From: Armatimonadota bacterium
GTDB taxonomy: Bacteria > Armatimonadota > SYMT01
Direction of reading: 5' to 3'
Assembly: GCA_046292385.1 (NCBI GenBank)
Contig: JBKBRF010000035.1
Span: 1-64,000 of the forward strand
DNA: 64,000 bases
The stretch's first letter is position 1; every line of letters starts with the position of its first letter. The notes under the pieces are model-generated. The model saw only the letters and a list, made by a program, of their open reading frames with translations. It made no database searches and was not told the DNA's origin. Below are positions 1 to 9,305 of the stretch, in pieces. The position numbers and the translations under genes were made by a program.

Positions 1-22
1 CGTGGGCCTGCAGGTAGCGCAT
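1..22 (-). CDS. 5' end of a gene running off the window (MRYLQAH...)
   Basis: Minus strand reads AAGGAGGCCGGGG ATG CGC TAC CTG CAG GCC CAC: strong RBS plus ATG, open to the edge; product unknown. Confidence 0.45.
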
Positions 23-316
23 CCCCGGCCTCCTTCGCGCAAGCGAGCGATGCGGCAAAACCTTCCTGCGCCACCAGCGGCGTAACTTTACAGCGTGTGA
101 CACTTGCCACCGCTTCCCCGCTAGGGGAATCTCGCCGGAGTGCTCGATAGCCGGTAATCCTCCTGCCCTGCTGATTTCGCCAACAGTATCCTTGCGCGGC
201 CTCCTTCTCGCGCCACTTCCTGCTCTCGCAAAGGGGTGAGCACTTTCCGGGTGCTCCAAAAAGGGGCCGGCCGGGCTCCGGTCTCTCCGTCTCCAAGGGG
301 GCGTCTCCGCTCCGGG

Positions 317-1582
317 TCAGGCGGCGAAGCGCTGGGGTGAGTACGCGGCGGGATCGAGGTGGGGCGCCTGTCCGCCGATCAGATCCGCGATCAGTCTCCC
401 CGTGGCCGGTGCCAGGCTTAGCCCGAGCATATTGTGGCCGGTCGCCAGGTAGGCATTCTGCAGCTTCGGGACGCGCCCGATAATCGGCAGGCTGTCCCAC
501 GTCATCGGCCGCCAGCCGTACCAGGTTTCCAGCGGCCCGCCCGGTGACGCGGAGACGAGGTAGGGCCGGGCGGAGTCCTGCAGCTGCTGGATGCGGAAGG
601 GCGGGATGGTGGTGTCGTAGCCGGAGAACTCCATCATCGACCCGAGCCGGAACCCGGTCTCGAAGGGGGAGACGCCCACCCGATGCTCCGGGAACAGCAT
701 CGGGTAGCGCGGGCATGGCTCCGGCTGCGCCATCGTGACGGAGTAGCCCTTTCCCTGCTCGATCGGGATCGGACACTCCAGCTCAGAGGCGAGCTGCGGG
801 CTCCAGGCTCCCATGGCGAAGACCACGCAGTCCGCCGACAACTCGCCGCGCGAGGTCTGCAGGGCGGTGATGATCCCCTGGTGCTTGCGGATCCGCTCCA
901 GCCGGCACTCCTCCAGGAACGAGACCCCCTGCGATTGCAGCCGCTGGGACCAGCTCGTATTGAGGAGGTCGGGGCGGACGGAGACATCCTCCTCGTAATG
1001 GAATGCCCCCGCCAGCCCGGGCTTCAGCGCCGGGTCGAACGACGGCAGTTCGTCTCCATCCAGGCGCCGGGCGGTCACGCCGAAGTGGTCCGAGAGCAGC
1101 CGGTCCGCCCGGGCGAACTCCTGCGTGCCGTGCTCGGTTTGCAGCACGTAGAGCAGGCCGTTCTCCTTCCATTCGCACTGCAGCGACTCCTCGGGGACCA
1201 GTCGCCGGTACTCCCGCATGGAGGAGTCGAGGATCGCCTTGAGGTGGCTGCCGGCCGTCAGCATCTGCTGGTGGTTGCACCGCCTGGCGAACTGCCACAG
1301 CCAGGTCCAGAGCGCGGGACTGAGCCGCGGGTTGACGCGAAACGGTGCTCGCGGGTTCAGCAGCGACCGGACCGCGGTGCCGATGGCGCCGGGCTCGGTC
1401 AGGGGCAGCACGTGGCTGGGACAGATGTAGCCGCAGTTGCCGTGCGAGCACCCGCCGGCCACGCGGCCCTGATCGATCACGGTGACCCGAAGCCCGGCCC
1501 GGGAGAGGTAATGCGCGCAGGCGATGCCGATGATCCCGGCTCCCACGACGAGGGCGTCGCTGTGCTGCCTCGCGGAGCTCAT
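317..1582 (-). CDS. FAD-dependent D-amino acid dehydrogenase/oxidase (DAO family), probably D-hydroxyproline dehydrogenase
   Basis: N-terminal VVGAGIIG Rossmann motif, CSHGNCG, WYGWRPMTWDSLPIIG, TGHNMLGLSLAPATG; start MSSARQ overlaps stop of upstream epimerase. Confidence 0.85.
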   Translation of the reverse strand: MSSARQHSDALVVGAGIIGIACAHYLSRAGLRVTVIDQGRVAGGCSHGNCGYICPSHVLPLTEPGAIGTAVRSLLNPRAPFRVNPRLSPALWTWLWQFARRCNHQQMLTAGSHLKAILDSSMREYRRLVPEESLQCEWKENGLLYVLQTEHGTQEFARADRLLSDHFGVTARRLDGDELPSFDPALKPGLAGAFHYEEDVSVRPDLLNTSWSQRLQSQGVSFLEECRLERIRKHQGIITALQTSRGELSADCVVFAMGAWSPQLASELECPIPIEQGKGYSVTMAQPEPCPRYPMLFPEHRVGVSPFETGFRLGSMMEFSGYDTTIPPFRIQQLQDSARPYLVSASPGGPLETWYGWRPMTWDSLPIIGRVPKLQNAYLATGHNMLGLSLAPATGRLIADLIGGQAPHLDPAAYSPQRFAA

Positions 1583-2562
1583 TCCGCCGCCCCGAGCGAG
1601 ATGCCGTGGCGGAACGGGTCGCCCGGCTGCTGGATCAGGACCGCCTCCGAGCAGACGTAACCGCGCCCGGTAAGGGTCGGAATGATCGCTCCGTCGGGCG
1701 CCTCGCGGTAGCTCGCCGTGAACCGGCTCCCGATGATGCTCTCCTGAACCCACACTTCGCCGGGCCGCAGCTTGCCGGCCGCCGCCAGGCAGGCGAGCTT
1801 GGCGCTGGTGCCGGTCCCGCAGGGGGAGCGGTCATACGCCCCTCCCGGGCAGTAGACGAAGTTGCGGCTGTGGGCGTCCGGAGCCCGGGGCGGACCGAAG
1901 AACTCGACGTGGTCGATCTCCTCTCCCCCGCGCCCGGTGATCCCGCGCCGCCGGAGCTCCCGGCGGACCTTCACGGCAGCTTCCGTCAAGCGAGCGATGT
2001 TCTCGGGGACCAGCGGAAACGGCGACTGCTCCGCCAGGAAGAACCAGTTCCCGCCCCAGGCCACGTCGCCCCGCACCGTGCCGAGCGACTCCACATCGAC
2101 GCTCACGCTCTCCCGGTACCGGAAGCTGGGGACGTTATCGATGGCGACCTGATTGGGATCGAGCAGCCTCACTTCGACGACGCCGACCGGCGTCTCCACC
2201 CGATGGGTCCCGAGGCCGATCCGCCCGAGATAGGCGAGCGTGACGGCCACCCCGATCGTCCCGTGCCCGCACATCCCGAGATAGCCGGTGTTGTTGAAGA
2301 AGAGGACGCCCGCGGCGCAGGAGGGGTCCTCCGGCTCGCACAGCAGCGCGCCGACCAGCGCTTCCGATCCGCGCGGCTCCAGGATAACCGCCCGGCGGAA
2401 CGCATCGGCGCTCTCCCGGAACCGGCGCAGCCGCTCGCGGAGCGGCCCGCTGCCGAGATCCGGCCCGCCGCTGACGACGACGCGCGTCGGCTCTCCTTCC
2501 GTGTGCGAGTCGATCACCTGCGTCCGGAGCGCGGCGTGGTTCAGATCCCCTGGCCGGCCCAT
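1579..2562 (-). CDS. Proline racemase family, likely 4-hydroxyproline 2-epimerase
   Basis: IDSHTEGEPTR, GYLGMCGHG and DRSPCGTGTSA (two catalytic Cys); exact start uncertain. Confidence 0.9.
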   Translation of the reverse strand: MGRPGDLNHAALRTQVIDSHTEGEPTRVVVSGGPDLGSGPLRERLRRFRESADAFRRAVILEPRGSEALVGALLCEPEDPSCAAGVLFFNNTGYLGMCGHGTIGVAVTLAYLGRIGLGTHRVETPVGVVEVRLLDPNQVAIDNVPSFRYRESVSVDVESLGTVRGDVAWGGNWFFLAEQSPFPLVPENIARLTEAAVKVRRELRRRGITGRGGEEIDHVEFFGPPRAPDAHSRNFVYCPGGAYDRSPCGTGTSAKLACLAAAGKLRPGEVWVQESIIGSRFTASYREAPDGAIIPTLTGRGYVCSEAVLIQQPGDPFRHGISLGAAE

Positions 2563-3485
2563 TCGTTCCACCAGTTCCGGAAAAGCTCCCACTGCGACCG
2601 GGCGAGCTCGCGCTGGGTGGGGCTGAGCCCATCCGACTCGAGGAAGTGGTGCTCGTACTCCGGGTTTCCTTCCAGCACCATCAGGTACTTGTAATACAGG
2701 ACCAGGTCCGGGCCTTCATCGAACTTCGAGAGCACGTGCAGCGCCTCGTCGAGCTCCCGTGCCAGCCCCCGTGCCTCCGCGTCGCCGGCCGCGGCCCGCT
2801 CGCAGAGACGGATCAGCTGCAGCACCGGCCGGGGCAGCGCGTTGCCGATCCCGGTGATCGCGCCGACGGCGCCGCAGCGGACGAAGCCGTGGTAGACCTG
2901 CGTGTCGACACCCACCATCAGCGCCAGGTCCGGATCGCCGCTCGTGATGAACTCGGCGGCGTAGCTGAGCGCCTCGGCGCCCCCGAACTCTTTGAAGCCC
3001 ACGAGATTGGGGTGGTCGTGCCGCAGTCTCGCGAAGAGGTCGGCGCGCGTCTGGAAGCCGTAGTAGGGGCTGTTGTAGATCACCGCCGGGAGATCGCCGG
3101 CCGCTTTCAGGACTCCGGAAAAGTGGGCGTGTTGCGCCGCCGGGGAGGTGCCTCGCGACAGCACGCGCGGAATCACCATCAACCCGGCCGCCCCGACCTC
3201 TCGAGCGTGGGCCGCATGCTCCGCCGCCAGCTGCGAGTTCTGCGCGCCGGTCCCCACGATTACGGGGACCCCCGCCTCCACCAGCCGCCGCACTCCCTCC
3301 TGTCGCTGTCGATCGGTCAGCAGCGGCCAGTCGCCCATCGACCCGCAGTAGATGACCGCGCGCATGCCGGCCGCGATCAGCTCCTGCCCTTTGCGGACCA
3401 GCGCGTCGTAATTCACCGCGCGATCGGGAAAGCACGGCGTCATGAGCGCCGGCATGCATCCGCGAAAAACCTGCGACGCTGACAT
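2541..3485 (-). CDS. Dihydrodipicolinate synthase family protein (likely pyrroline-hydroxy-carboxylate deaminase)
   Basis: PALMTPC, CGSMGDW, IYNSPYY, Schiff-base VGFKEFGG; AAGGAG RBS upstream; operon context. Confidence 0.85.
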   Translation of the reverse strand: MSASQVFRGCMPALMTPCFPDRAVNYDALVRKGQELIAAGMRAVIYCGSMGDWPLLTDRQRQEGVRRLVEAGVPVIVGTGAQNSQLAAEHAAHAREVGAAGLMVIPRVLSRGTSPAAQHAHFSGVLKAAGDLPAVIYNSPYYGFQTRADLFARLRHDHPNLVGFKEFGGAEALSYAAEFITSGDPDLALMVGVDTQVYHGFVRCGAVGAITGIGNALPRPVLQLIRLCERAAAGDAEARGLARELDEALHVLSKFDEGPDLVLYYKYLMVLEGNPEYEHHFLESDGLSPTQRELARSQWELFRNWWNEWAGQGI

Positions 3486-3621
3486 AGGCAAAGCTCCTTG
3501 CTCTCGTTCCGGTGAAGCGCCTGGTCCCCGGTCCGGAACGCCCTAGATAGGGTATCTGAACCCCGGGGCCGAGTCTTGGCGGATGGTGGAGTGCGGGGTT
3601 GAATCTGCGCACAATCGAGAC

Positions 3622-4395
3622 ATGGACTGCGAATCCTCGCTTCACGCTCTGTTCGGCCGGCTGCGAGAGCCATTCACCGGCGAGCCGCTGTTCGACCACC
3701 TGCCGGACATCGTCTACTTCATCAAGAACTCGCGGTGCCAGTACGTGGCCGCCAACCGGACGCTGGTGGAGCGGTGCGGGCTGCGGGACAAGTCGCAGCT
3801 GCTCGGACGAACCCCGAGCGAAGTCTTCCGCCCGCCGCTGGGAGAGCGCTTCGAGGCCCAGGACCTGAGGGTCTTGAAAACGGGGCGGGCGCTCATCCGG
3901 CAGCTCGAGCTGCACCTCTACCCGTCACACGACGTGGGCTGGTGCCTGACGAGCAAGCTGCCGCTGCTGGCGGCCGACGGGGCCCCGGTTGGACTGGTCG
4001 GCGTCTCGCAGGACCTCCGCCTGCCGGACGTTTCAGCGCAGGAGTTCCAGAACGTCCTGGCCGCCGTCTCCTACGCGGAGGAGCACCTGGCAACGCCGCC
4101 GACGGTGGGGGAGCTCGCGCAGATCGCGGGGCTGTCGCGTTTTCAGCTCGACCGGCGCATGCGCCGCGTCTTCGGGCTCACCCCGGGGCAGTGGCTGCTC
4201 AAGCTTCGGCTGGACTACGCGCAGCGGATGCTGAGCGAAACGAGCGAGCCGATCGCCGGGCTCGCTCTCGGGGCGGGGTACTCCGACCAGAGCGCCTTTA
4301 CGCGCCAGTTCCGCCAGGCGACCGGACTGTCTCCACGGGAATACCGGAAGGCCCGCGGCACGGGCGCCGCCGAGAAGGGAAGCCGGAGCGGGTAA
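3622..4395 (+). CDS. AraC family transcriptional regulator with N-terminal PAS-like domain
   Basis: FDHLPDIVYFIKN..YVAAN PAS start; C-terminal GYSDQSAFTRQFRQATGLSPREYR; divergent from catabolic operon. Confidence 0.92.
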   Translation: MDCESSLHALFGRLREPFTGEPLFDHLPDIVYFIKNSRCQYVAANRTLVERCGLRDKSQLLGRTPSEVFRPPLGERFEAQDLRVLKTGRALIRQLELHLYPSHDVGWCLTSKLPLLAADGAPVGLVGVSQDLRLPDVSAQEFQNVLAAVSYAEEHLATPPTVGELAQIAGLSRFQLDRRMRRVFGLTPGQWLLKLRLDYAQRMLSETSEPIAGLALGAGYSDQSAFTRQFRQATGLSPREYRKARGTGAAEKGSRSG

Positions 4396-4484
4396 CGGAG
4401 CGCGCGAGAGGGGGCGTAGTGAGGGGCGAAGTTTTCGGGGCCGGAACGGCGCTGCGCTGCGCGGCTCCGGCCCCGAGGGCAAAG

Positions 4485-4664
4485 CTAGTGCCGGTGATGG
4501 ATCATGCGGTCCAGCTCGCCTTCGTAGATGAAAGTGTGCCGGCCCACCACCCACACGTCTCGCACCTGCTTCTTCTCGATCCACTCCAGAACGGTCTGCG
4601 TCCGTACCGGCACGCCCGCGGCACGAAGGCGCCGAACGCTCTCTTCAACCGTCAGGTACTGCAC
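4485..4664 (-). CDS. Small excisionase-like helix-turn-helix protein (59 aa)
   Basis: Manually translated: AAGGGGG RBS, GTG start, MQYLTVEESVRRLRAAGVPVRTQTVLEWIEKKQVRDVWVVGRHTFIYEGELDRMIHHRH*; YLTVEE..TV..W pattern of HTH_17-like proteins. Confidence 0.7.
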   Translation of the reverse strand: MQYLTVEESVRRLRAAGVPVRTQTVLEWIEKKQVRDVWVVGRHTFIYEGELDRMIHHRH

Positions 4665-5093
4665 GTTGTCCCCCTTATCTGCCGCCGGCTCCCCATTGAG
4701 CGCGGCAGCGTCCCGGAGCCGATCCGAACCGATCGGATTGCCTGGGCGGGCTCAAAGCTCTCGGCCCTAATCCTCTTCTATTCGCATCGGCGCCTATGAT
4801 CAAGGACCCCTTTCCGGAGGCCCGGCGTTCCCGCTTTTCTCCGCGGGTTTCCCCCGCGGTTCACCCTTAAAGGTGCCGGTTGAGTTCTACCCGTGTTGCC
4901 CCCGGCTCAATCCCTTATCCGGCGATTGCCCGCTTGAGAAAGAGCCGGGCTGCTGCGGCTCCCGTGGGAGCGAGCAGGGAGGGGTTTTGCTGGTGAAGCA
5001 GCGGGGTACGGGTACCGAGACTCCCGCGAGATCGCCGCGCCGCGTTCCGGCGGCGGAGCGAGACCCGGAGTCTACGCACGAAGGAGAGAAGTG

Positions 5094-6200
5094 ATGAAGC
5101 TCCGTGTCAATACAAGATACGCTCCGGTGCTGGCGGTCGCCCTCGGGCTGGCCGCCGCGGGCGCTGCCGAGGCGCAGCGCGACCGGATGGTGATCCCGGC
5201 GAACACGATCGTCCGGGCGACCCTGCAGAACCAGCTCGACAGCCGCAACGCCCGCGAGGGCGACCGCGTCACGGCGGAGCTCGCCGCCGAGGACCGGAGC
5301 GGGTTCCCGCTCGGGACGCGCTTCCAGGGCCGGGTGACGGAAGTAGAGCGCTCGTCTCGCGACCGTCCCGGCGTGATCGACATGACGTTCGACCGCGCAC
5401 TCCTGCCGGGCGGCGAGTCGGTGGCGATCAACGGCGACCTGGCGAGCCTGGCGCAGGATGACATCCGACGCACCCGCGACGGCCGAATCCGCGCGCGCCG
5501 CGACCGCGATGACGACGGCGGCGGCGGCGGCCGCAGCTTCGACTGGAAGTGGGTGGGCTACGGTGCGGCGGGCGGCGCCGTGCTGGGTGAGATCTTCGGC
5601 GACAACCTGCTCAAAGGCGCCCTGCTGGGCGGTCTCGGCGGCGCCATCTACGGCTACCTGAACCGCGACAAGGACCGCCAGGAGTTCAGCGAGGTTCGGC
5701 TCGACCGCGGCACGGAGTTCGGGATCCGCCTGAGCGACCGGATCGCGTTCAACACCGAGCCGGGCTACCGCTACACCGCGCGGAATGACCGCGGCGCGAT
5801 CAACGACCGCGTCCTCGGCGCCCGCCAGGAGAGCAGCTACGCCGCTACCAACATCATGATGGACGGGCGGCGGGTCGACCTCGGCACCGCGCGGCCGCTC
5901 AGCATCAACGGCGCGCTCTACGTGCCGCTGGCGCCGGTAGCCCGCGCCGCTAACGTGCGGCTGGACCACCGCGCGGGCGACCAGGACTTCATGCTCCAGA
6001 CCCGCGGCGGCCAGGTGGAAGTCTTCACCGGTGAGACCAGCCTGAGCGGCGCGAACGGGCGCGACCTGCGCCTCGACTCGCCCGCCATGACAGTCGACGG
6101 TGAGATCTACGTGCCAGTGGAATTCCTCACCCGCGTGATGGATCTCCGCGCCAACTGGAACCCGCGCACGCAGCGCCTGGATCTGGAGAGCTACCGCTAG
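5094..6200 (+). CDS. Secreted protein with glycine zipper and C-terminal copper-amine-oxidase N-terminal-like (stalk) domain
   Basis: AAGGAG RBS, signal peptide, GAAGGAVLG..GALLGGLGGAIYG, LYVPL / IYVPVEFL..WNP..Q repeats. Confidence 0.65.
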   Translation: MKLRVNTRYAPVLAVALGLAAAGAAEAQRDRMVIPANTIVRATLQNQLDSRNAREGDRVTAELAAEDRSGFPLGTRFQGRVTEVERSSRDRPGVIDMTFDRALLPGGESVAINGDLASLAQDDIRRTRDGRIRARRDRDDDGGGGGRSFDWKWVGYGAAGGAVLGEIFGDNLLKGALLGGLGGAIYGYLNRDKDRQEFSEVRLDRGTEFGIRLSDRIAFNTEPGYRYTARNDRGAINDRVLGARQESSYAATNIMMDGRRVDLGTARPLSINGALYVPLAPVARAANVRLDHRAGDQDFMLQTRGGQVEVFTGETSLSGANGRDLRLDSPAMTVDGEIYVPVEFLTRVMDLRANWNPRTQRLDLESYR

Positions 6201-6212
6201 ATCCGGCTTGAA

Positions 6213-6365
6213 TGGGAGAGTGGGAGAGTGGGAGAGTGGGAGAGGTCAGTTGCAGATTGGCACCCGGCACGCGGGGTTCGGAACCTGAAACTTGCTAACC
6301 TGCAACCTGCTAACAGCATCGAGGGAGCGGCTCTCCCATTCCCCACTCTCCCTTGCTCCCACTCC
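6213..6365. repeat. REP-like palindromic element, family A copy 1
   Basis: (TGGGAGAG)x4 left arm; complementary CTCTCCCATTCCCCACTCTCCCTTGCTCCCACTCC right arm. Confidence 0.75.
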
Positions 6366-6539
6366 ATCCATGACGGACAGCACTTAGCGGCGCGAGGCAG
6401 GCAGTTACCGTGTGCCTCCGGTGCGTGCTCCTGAGATTCGGACCTCCGCGATAAGATAGGTTACACCGGTACCCCTTGCCCCCGTGCCGCCCCACGCGGC
6501 CGCGGCAAGCAGCTCGTCCGGCCCGCCACTGAGATCGCA

Positions 6540-7031
6540 ATGGACAGCACGACGCAGCAGATCCTGCAGATTCTGGAGCGCGACGCGCGCACCTCCGCCG
6601 CCGACATCGCCACGATGGTCGGCGTGGCCGAGGACGAGGTGCGGCGGATCATCCGGGACTGTGAAGAGAACAAGATCATCCGCCGCTACAAGACGGTGAT
6701 CGACTGGCAGCGCGCCGGCAAGGATGAGGCGGTTGCCTTTATCGGGGTGCGCGTCTCGCCGGAGCGGGAGGTTGGCTTCGACGAGGTGGCGGCCCGCATC
6801 TTCCGGTTCCCGGAGGTGAGGGCGGTCTACCTCCTCTCCGGCGGGCACGACCTGGAAGTGGTGATCGAGGGGCCGTCGCTGAAGGACGTGGCCCTCTTCG
6901 TGGCGCAGAAGCTCGCCACGCTGGACCGCGTCATCTCCACCAACACCCACTTCCTGCTGCGGCGCTACAAAGAGGACGGCGAGATCCTGGTCGAGCCGGA
7001 AGAAGATCGTAGACTGGCGGTGACCCCGTGA
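6540..7031 (+). CDS. Lrp/AsnC family transcriptional regulator (YugG-like)
   Basis: ILQILERDARTS HTH, VYLLSGGHDL RAM domain, THFLLRRYKEDG. Confidence 0.92.
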   Translation: MDSTTQQILQILERDARTSAADIATMVGVAEDEVRRIIRDCEENKIIRRYKTVIDWQRAGKDEAVAFIGVRVSPEREVGFDEVAARIFRFPEVRAVYLLSGGHDLEVVIEGPSLKDVALFVAQKLATLDRVISTNTHFLLRRYKEDGEILVEPEEDRRLAVTP

Positions 7032-8248
7032 GCGGCGGCCGACCTTCCCGGGTGGCGCGGGCGGTGGCGGAGATCCCGCCCTCCGGCATCCGGCGCTTCT
7101 TCGACATCGTCTCCCAGATGGAAGACGTCGTCTCGCTCGGCGTGGGCGAGCCGGACTTCGTGACCCCATGGCGGATCCGCGAGGCGGCGATCTACAGCCT
7201 GGAGCGGGGCCACACCCAGTACACCTCTAACTGGGGCCTCTTGGAGCTCCGGCAGGAGGTGGCGCGCCTGCTCGACCGCACCTACGGCGTGGAGTACCGC
7301 CCGGAGAACGAGATCCTGATCACCGTCGGGGTGAGTGAGGCGCTCGACCTGGCGATGCGCGCCATCCTGAACCCGGGCGACGAGGTGATCATTCCGGAGC
7401 CGTGCTACGTCTCCTACCGGCCCACCGTGAGCCTGGCGGGCGGCGTGCCGGTCCCCGTGCCCGGGGTCGCTTCGGACAGCTTCCGGGTCGACGTGGACGC
7501 CATCGAGCGGGCGGTGACACCGCGCACGCGCGCCATCCTGCTGAACTACCCGAGCAATCCCACCGGCGCCACGCTGCGGCGGCCGGAGCTGGAGCGGCTG
7601 GCGGAGCTGGCGGAGCGCCGCGACCTGATCGTGGTGAGCGACGAGATCTACGCGGAGCTCACCTACGAGGCCGCCCATATCTGCTTCGCCGGGCTCCGCG
7701 GCATGCGGGACCGGACGATCCTGCTGAACGGCTTCTCCAAGGCCTACGCGATGACCGGCTGGCGGATGGCCTACGCCGCGGGCCCGCCCGACCTGGTCGG
7801 CGCCATGACCAAGATCCACCAGTACAGCATGCTCTGCGCGCCGATCATGTCGCAGTACGCCGCGCTGGCGGCGTGCCGGGAAGGCGACGCCGAGGTGCAG
7901 GAGATGGTGACGCAGTACGGCGAGCGCCGCCGCTTCTTCGTGAAGGGACTCAACGAGATCGGCCTCACCTGCCACCTGCCGGAGGGCGCCTTCTACGCCT
8001 TCCCCAGCGTGCGGGAGACCGGCCTTACCGGCGACGAGTTCGCCGAGCGCCTGTTGATGGAAGAGCGCGTGGCGGTGGTTCCGGGCAGCGCCTTCGGGGT
8101 CGGCGCGGAGCACCACGTCCGCTGCTCCTACGCCGCCAGCCTGGATCAGCTCCGCGAGGCGCTCACCCGGATGGAGCGCTTCGTCTCCCGCCTGCGCGCG
8201 CAGCGGCGCGAGCAAGCGGCGGAGACCGCCGGCCTGACCGTCGCCTGA
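7028..8248 (+). CDS. Aminotransferase class I/II (YugH-like)
   Basis: SGIRRFFD, LGVGEPDF, NYPSNPTG, SDEIY, GFSKAYAMTGWR; GTGA coupling to Lrp gene. Confidence 0.93.
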   Translation: MSGGRPSRVARAVAEIPPSGIRRFFDIVSQMEDVVSLGVGEPDFVTPWRIREAAIYSLERGHTQYTSNWGLLELRQEVARLLDRTYGVEYRPENEILITVGVSEALDLAMRAILNPGDEVIIPEPCYVSYRPTVSLAGGVPVPVPGVASDSFRVDVDAIERAVTPRTRAILLNYPSNPTGATLRRPELERLAELAERRDLIVVSDEIYAELTYEAAHICFAGLRGMRDRTILLNGFSKAYAMTGWRMAYAAGPPDLVGAMTKIHQYSMLCAPIMSQYAALAACREGDAEVQEMVTQYGERRRFFVKGLNEIGLTCHLPEGAFYAFPSVRETGLTGDEFAERLLMEERVAVVPGSAFGVGAEHHVRCSYAASLDQLREALTRMERFVSRLRAQRREQAAETAGLTVA

Positions 8249-8283
8249 GTCTGTCAGTTGGAGTTGGTTGGAAGGTGTGGATT

Positions 8284-8391
8284 GGGGGAATGGGCGAGTG
8301 AGGGAGCTTGAGAAGCTGCTTTCGAGAGCGTGTCTCCCACTCGCCCATTCTCCCTTGCTCCCACTCCGCCTCATCAGAAGTAGCTGGACAC
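8284..8391. repeat. REP-like element, family A copy 2
   Basis: GGGCGAGT..GAGCTTGAGAAGC...CTCCCTTGCTCCCACTCC..TCAGAAGTAGCTGGA shared with the 14028 copy. Confidence 0.75.
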
Positions 8392-8421
8392 ACAGCCAGT
8401 CCGGAGTAGAGGGAGACCGAC

Positions 8422-9063
8422 ATGCGCCGACCGACCGTTCTGACCGCTCTTCGCGTGACTCTCGGCTCCCTCGCCCTCCTGGCAGGCTGGCCCTCCGCCG
8501 CCTCGGCGGACCAGCTCATCCAGGTGCCGACCGCCGACCGGGTGACCGACCCGACGTTCGAGTACAAGCGGCGCCTGGACGAGGTGAGCGAAGGCTACGG
8601 CACCGCCCTGATCAACGCCGGCCTCGCCTACGAGCTGATGTTCCGCTACTACGACAACGAGGACGGCCAGCACCGGATCGAGGGCGGCGGCATGCTCCAG
8701 CTCCTGCCGGACGGGGTGATCACCCCCGGAGTGGCGCTCGGCGTCTGGGACCTCACCAACAGCTCGCCCTGGGGGCGGCGCGGCTTCCTGGTGCTCAGCA
8801 AGTCGCTCCGCCCGGGCCAGCTCGGCATCCCGGAAGGGGTGGAGCGGGTCCAGCTCACGCTCGGCCTCGGCACCGGCCGGCTCTCCGGGGTCTTCGCCGG
8901 CGTCCGCGTCGACGTGGCGGAGCGCGTGAGCCTGATCGCCGAGTACGATGCCCGTCGCCTGAACGCCGGCCTCTGGGTGACCCTGCTCAAGCCGCTCACC
9001 TTCAAAGCCGAGCTCCAGAACGGCAACCCGTACCTCGGCGGCGAGCTGCGGCTGCGGTTCTAG
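8422..9063 (+). CDS. Putative outer-membrane beta-barrel (YjbH-like) protein
   Basis: Signal peptide, amphipathic strands, ALGVWDLT, LIAEYD, C-terminal ELRLRF ending in Phe. Confidence 0.6.
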   Translation: MRRPTVLTALRVTLGSLALLAGWPSAASADQLIQVPTADRVTDPTFEYKRRLDEVSEGYGTALINAGLAYELMFRYYDNEDGQHRIEGGGMLQLLPDGVITPGVALGVWDLTNSSPWGRRGFLVLSKSLRPGQLGIPEGVERVQLTLGLGTGRLSGVFAGVRVDVAERVSLIAEYDARRLNAGLWVTLLKPLTFKAELQNGNPYLGGELRLRF

Positions 9064-9305
9064 CCGCCTGAGGAGCACCGGCCTCACATGCCGAGCCGCG
9101 TCAGACTCGACTAGGCCTTACCGCTCTCACCCTTGTTGCTGGACGGGCAGGCACCTTCCGTTCGGACGACAGAGGAAGCGCGTCAGACATCCCGAACGGA
9201 ATTGTAAGCCGCAAGAGAGCCTGCGTGACCTGGGGATCGCCCTTCGCGGTTCCAGTGGCGGCGAGGGAGCTTTCCTCGCGCTCAGGGCAGGTGGAGCAGT
9301 GCACA

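Noticed and set aside
30..316. Possible riboswitch before the gene starting at position 22
   Set aside because: Small hairpins and a weak TGTGA-N6-CCACC site are present, but no recognisable riboswitch consensus
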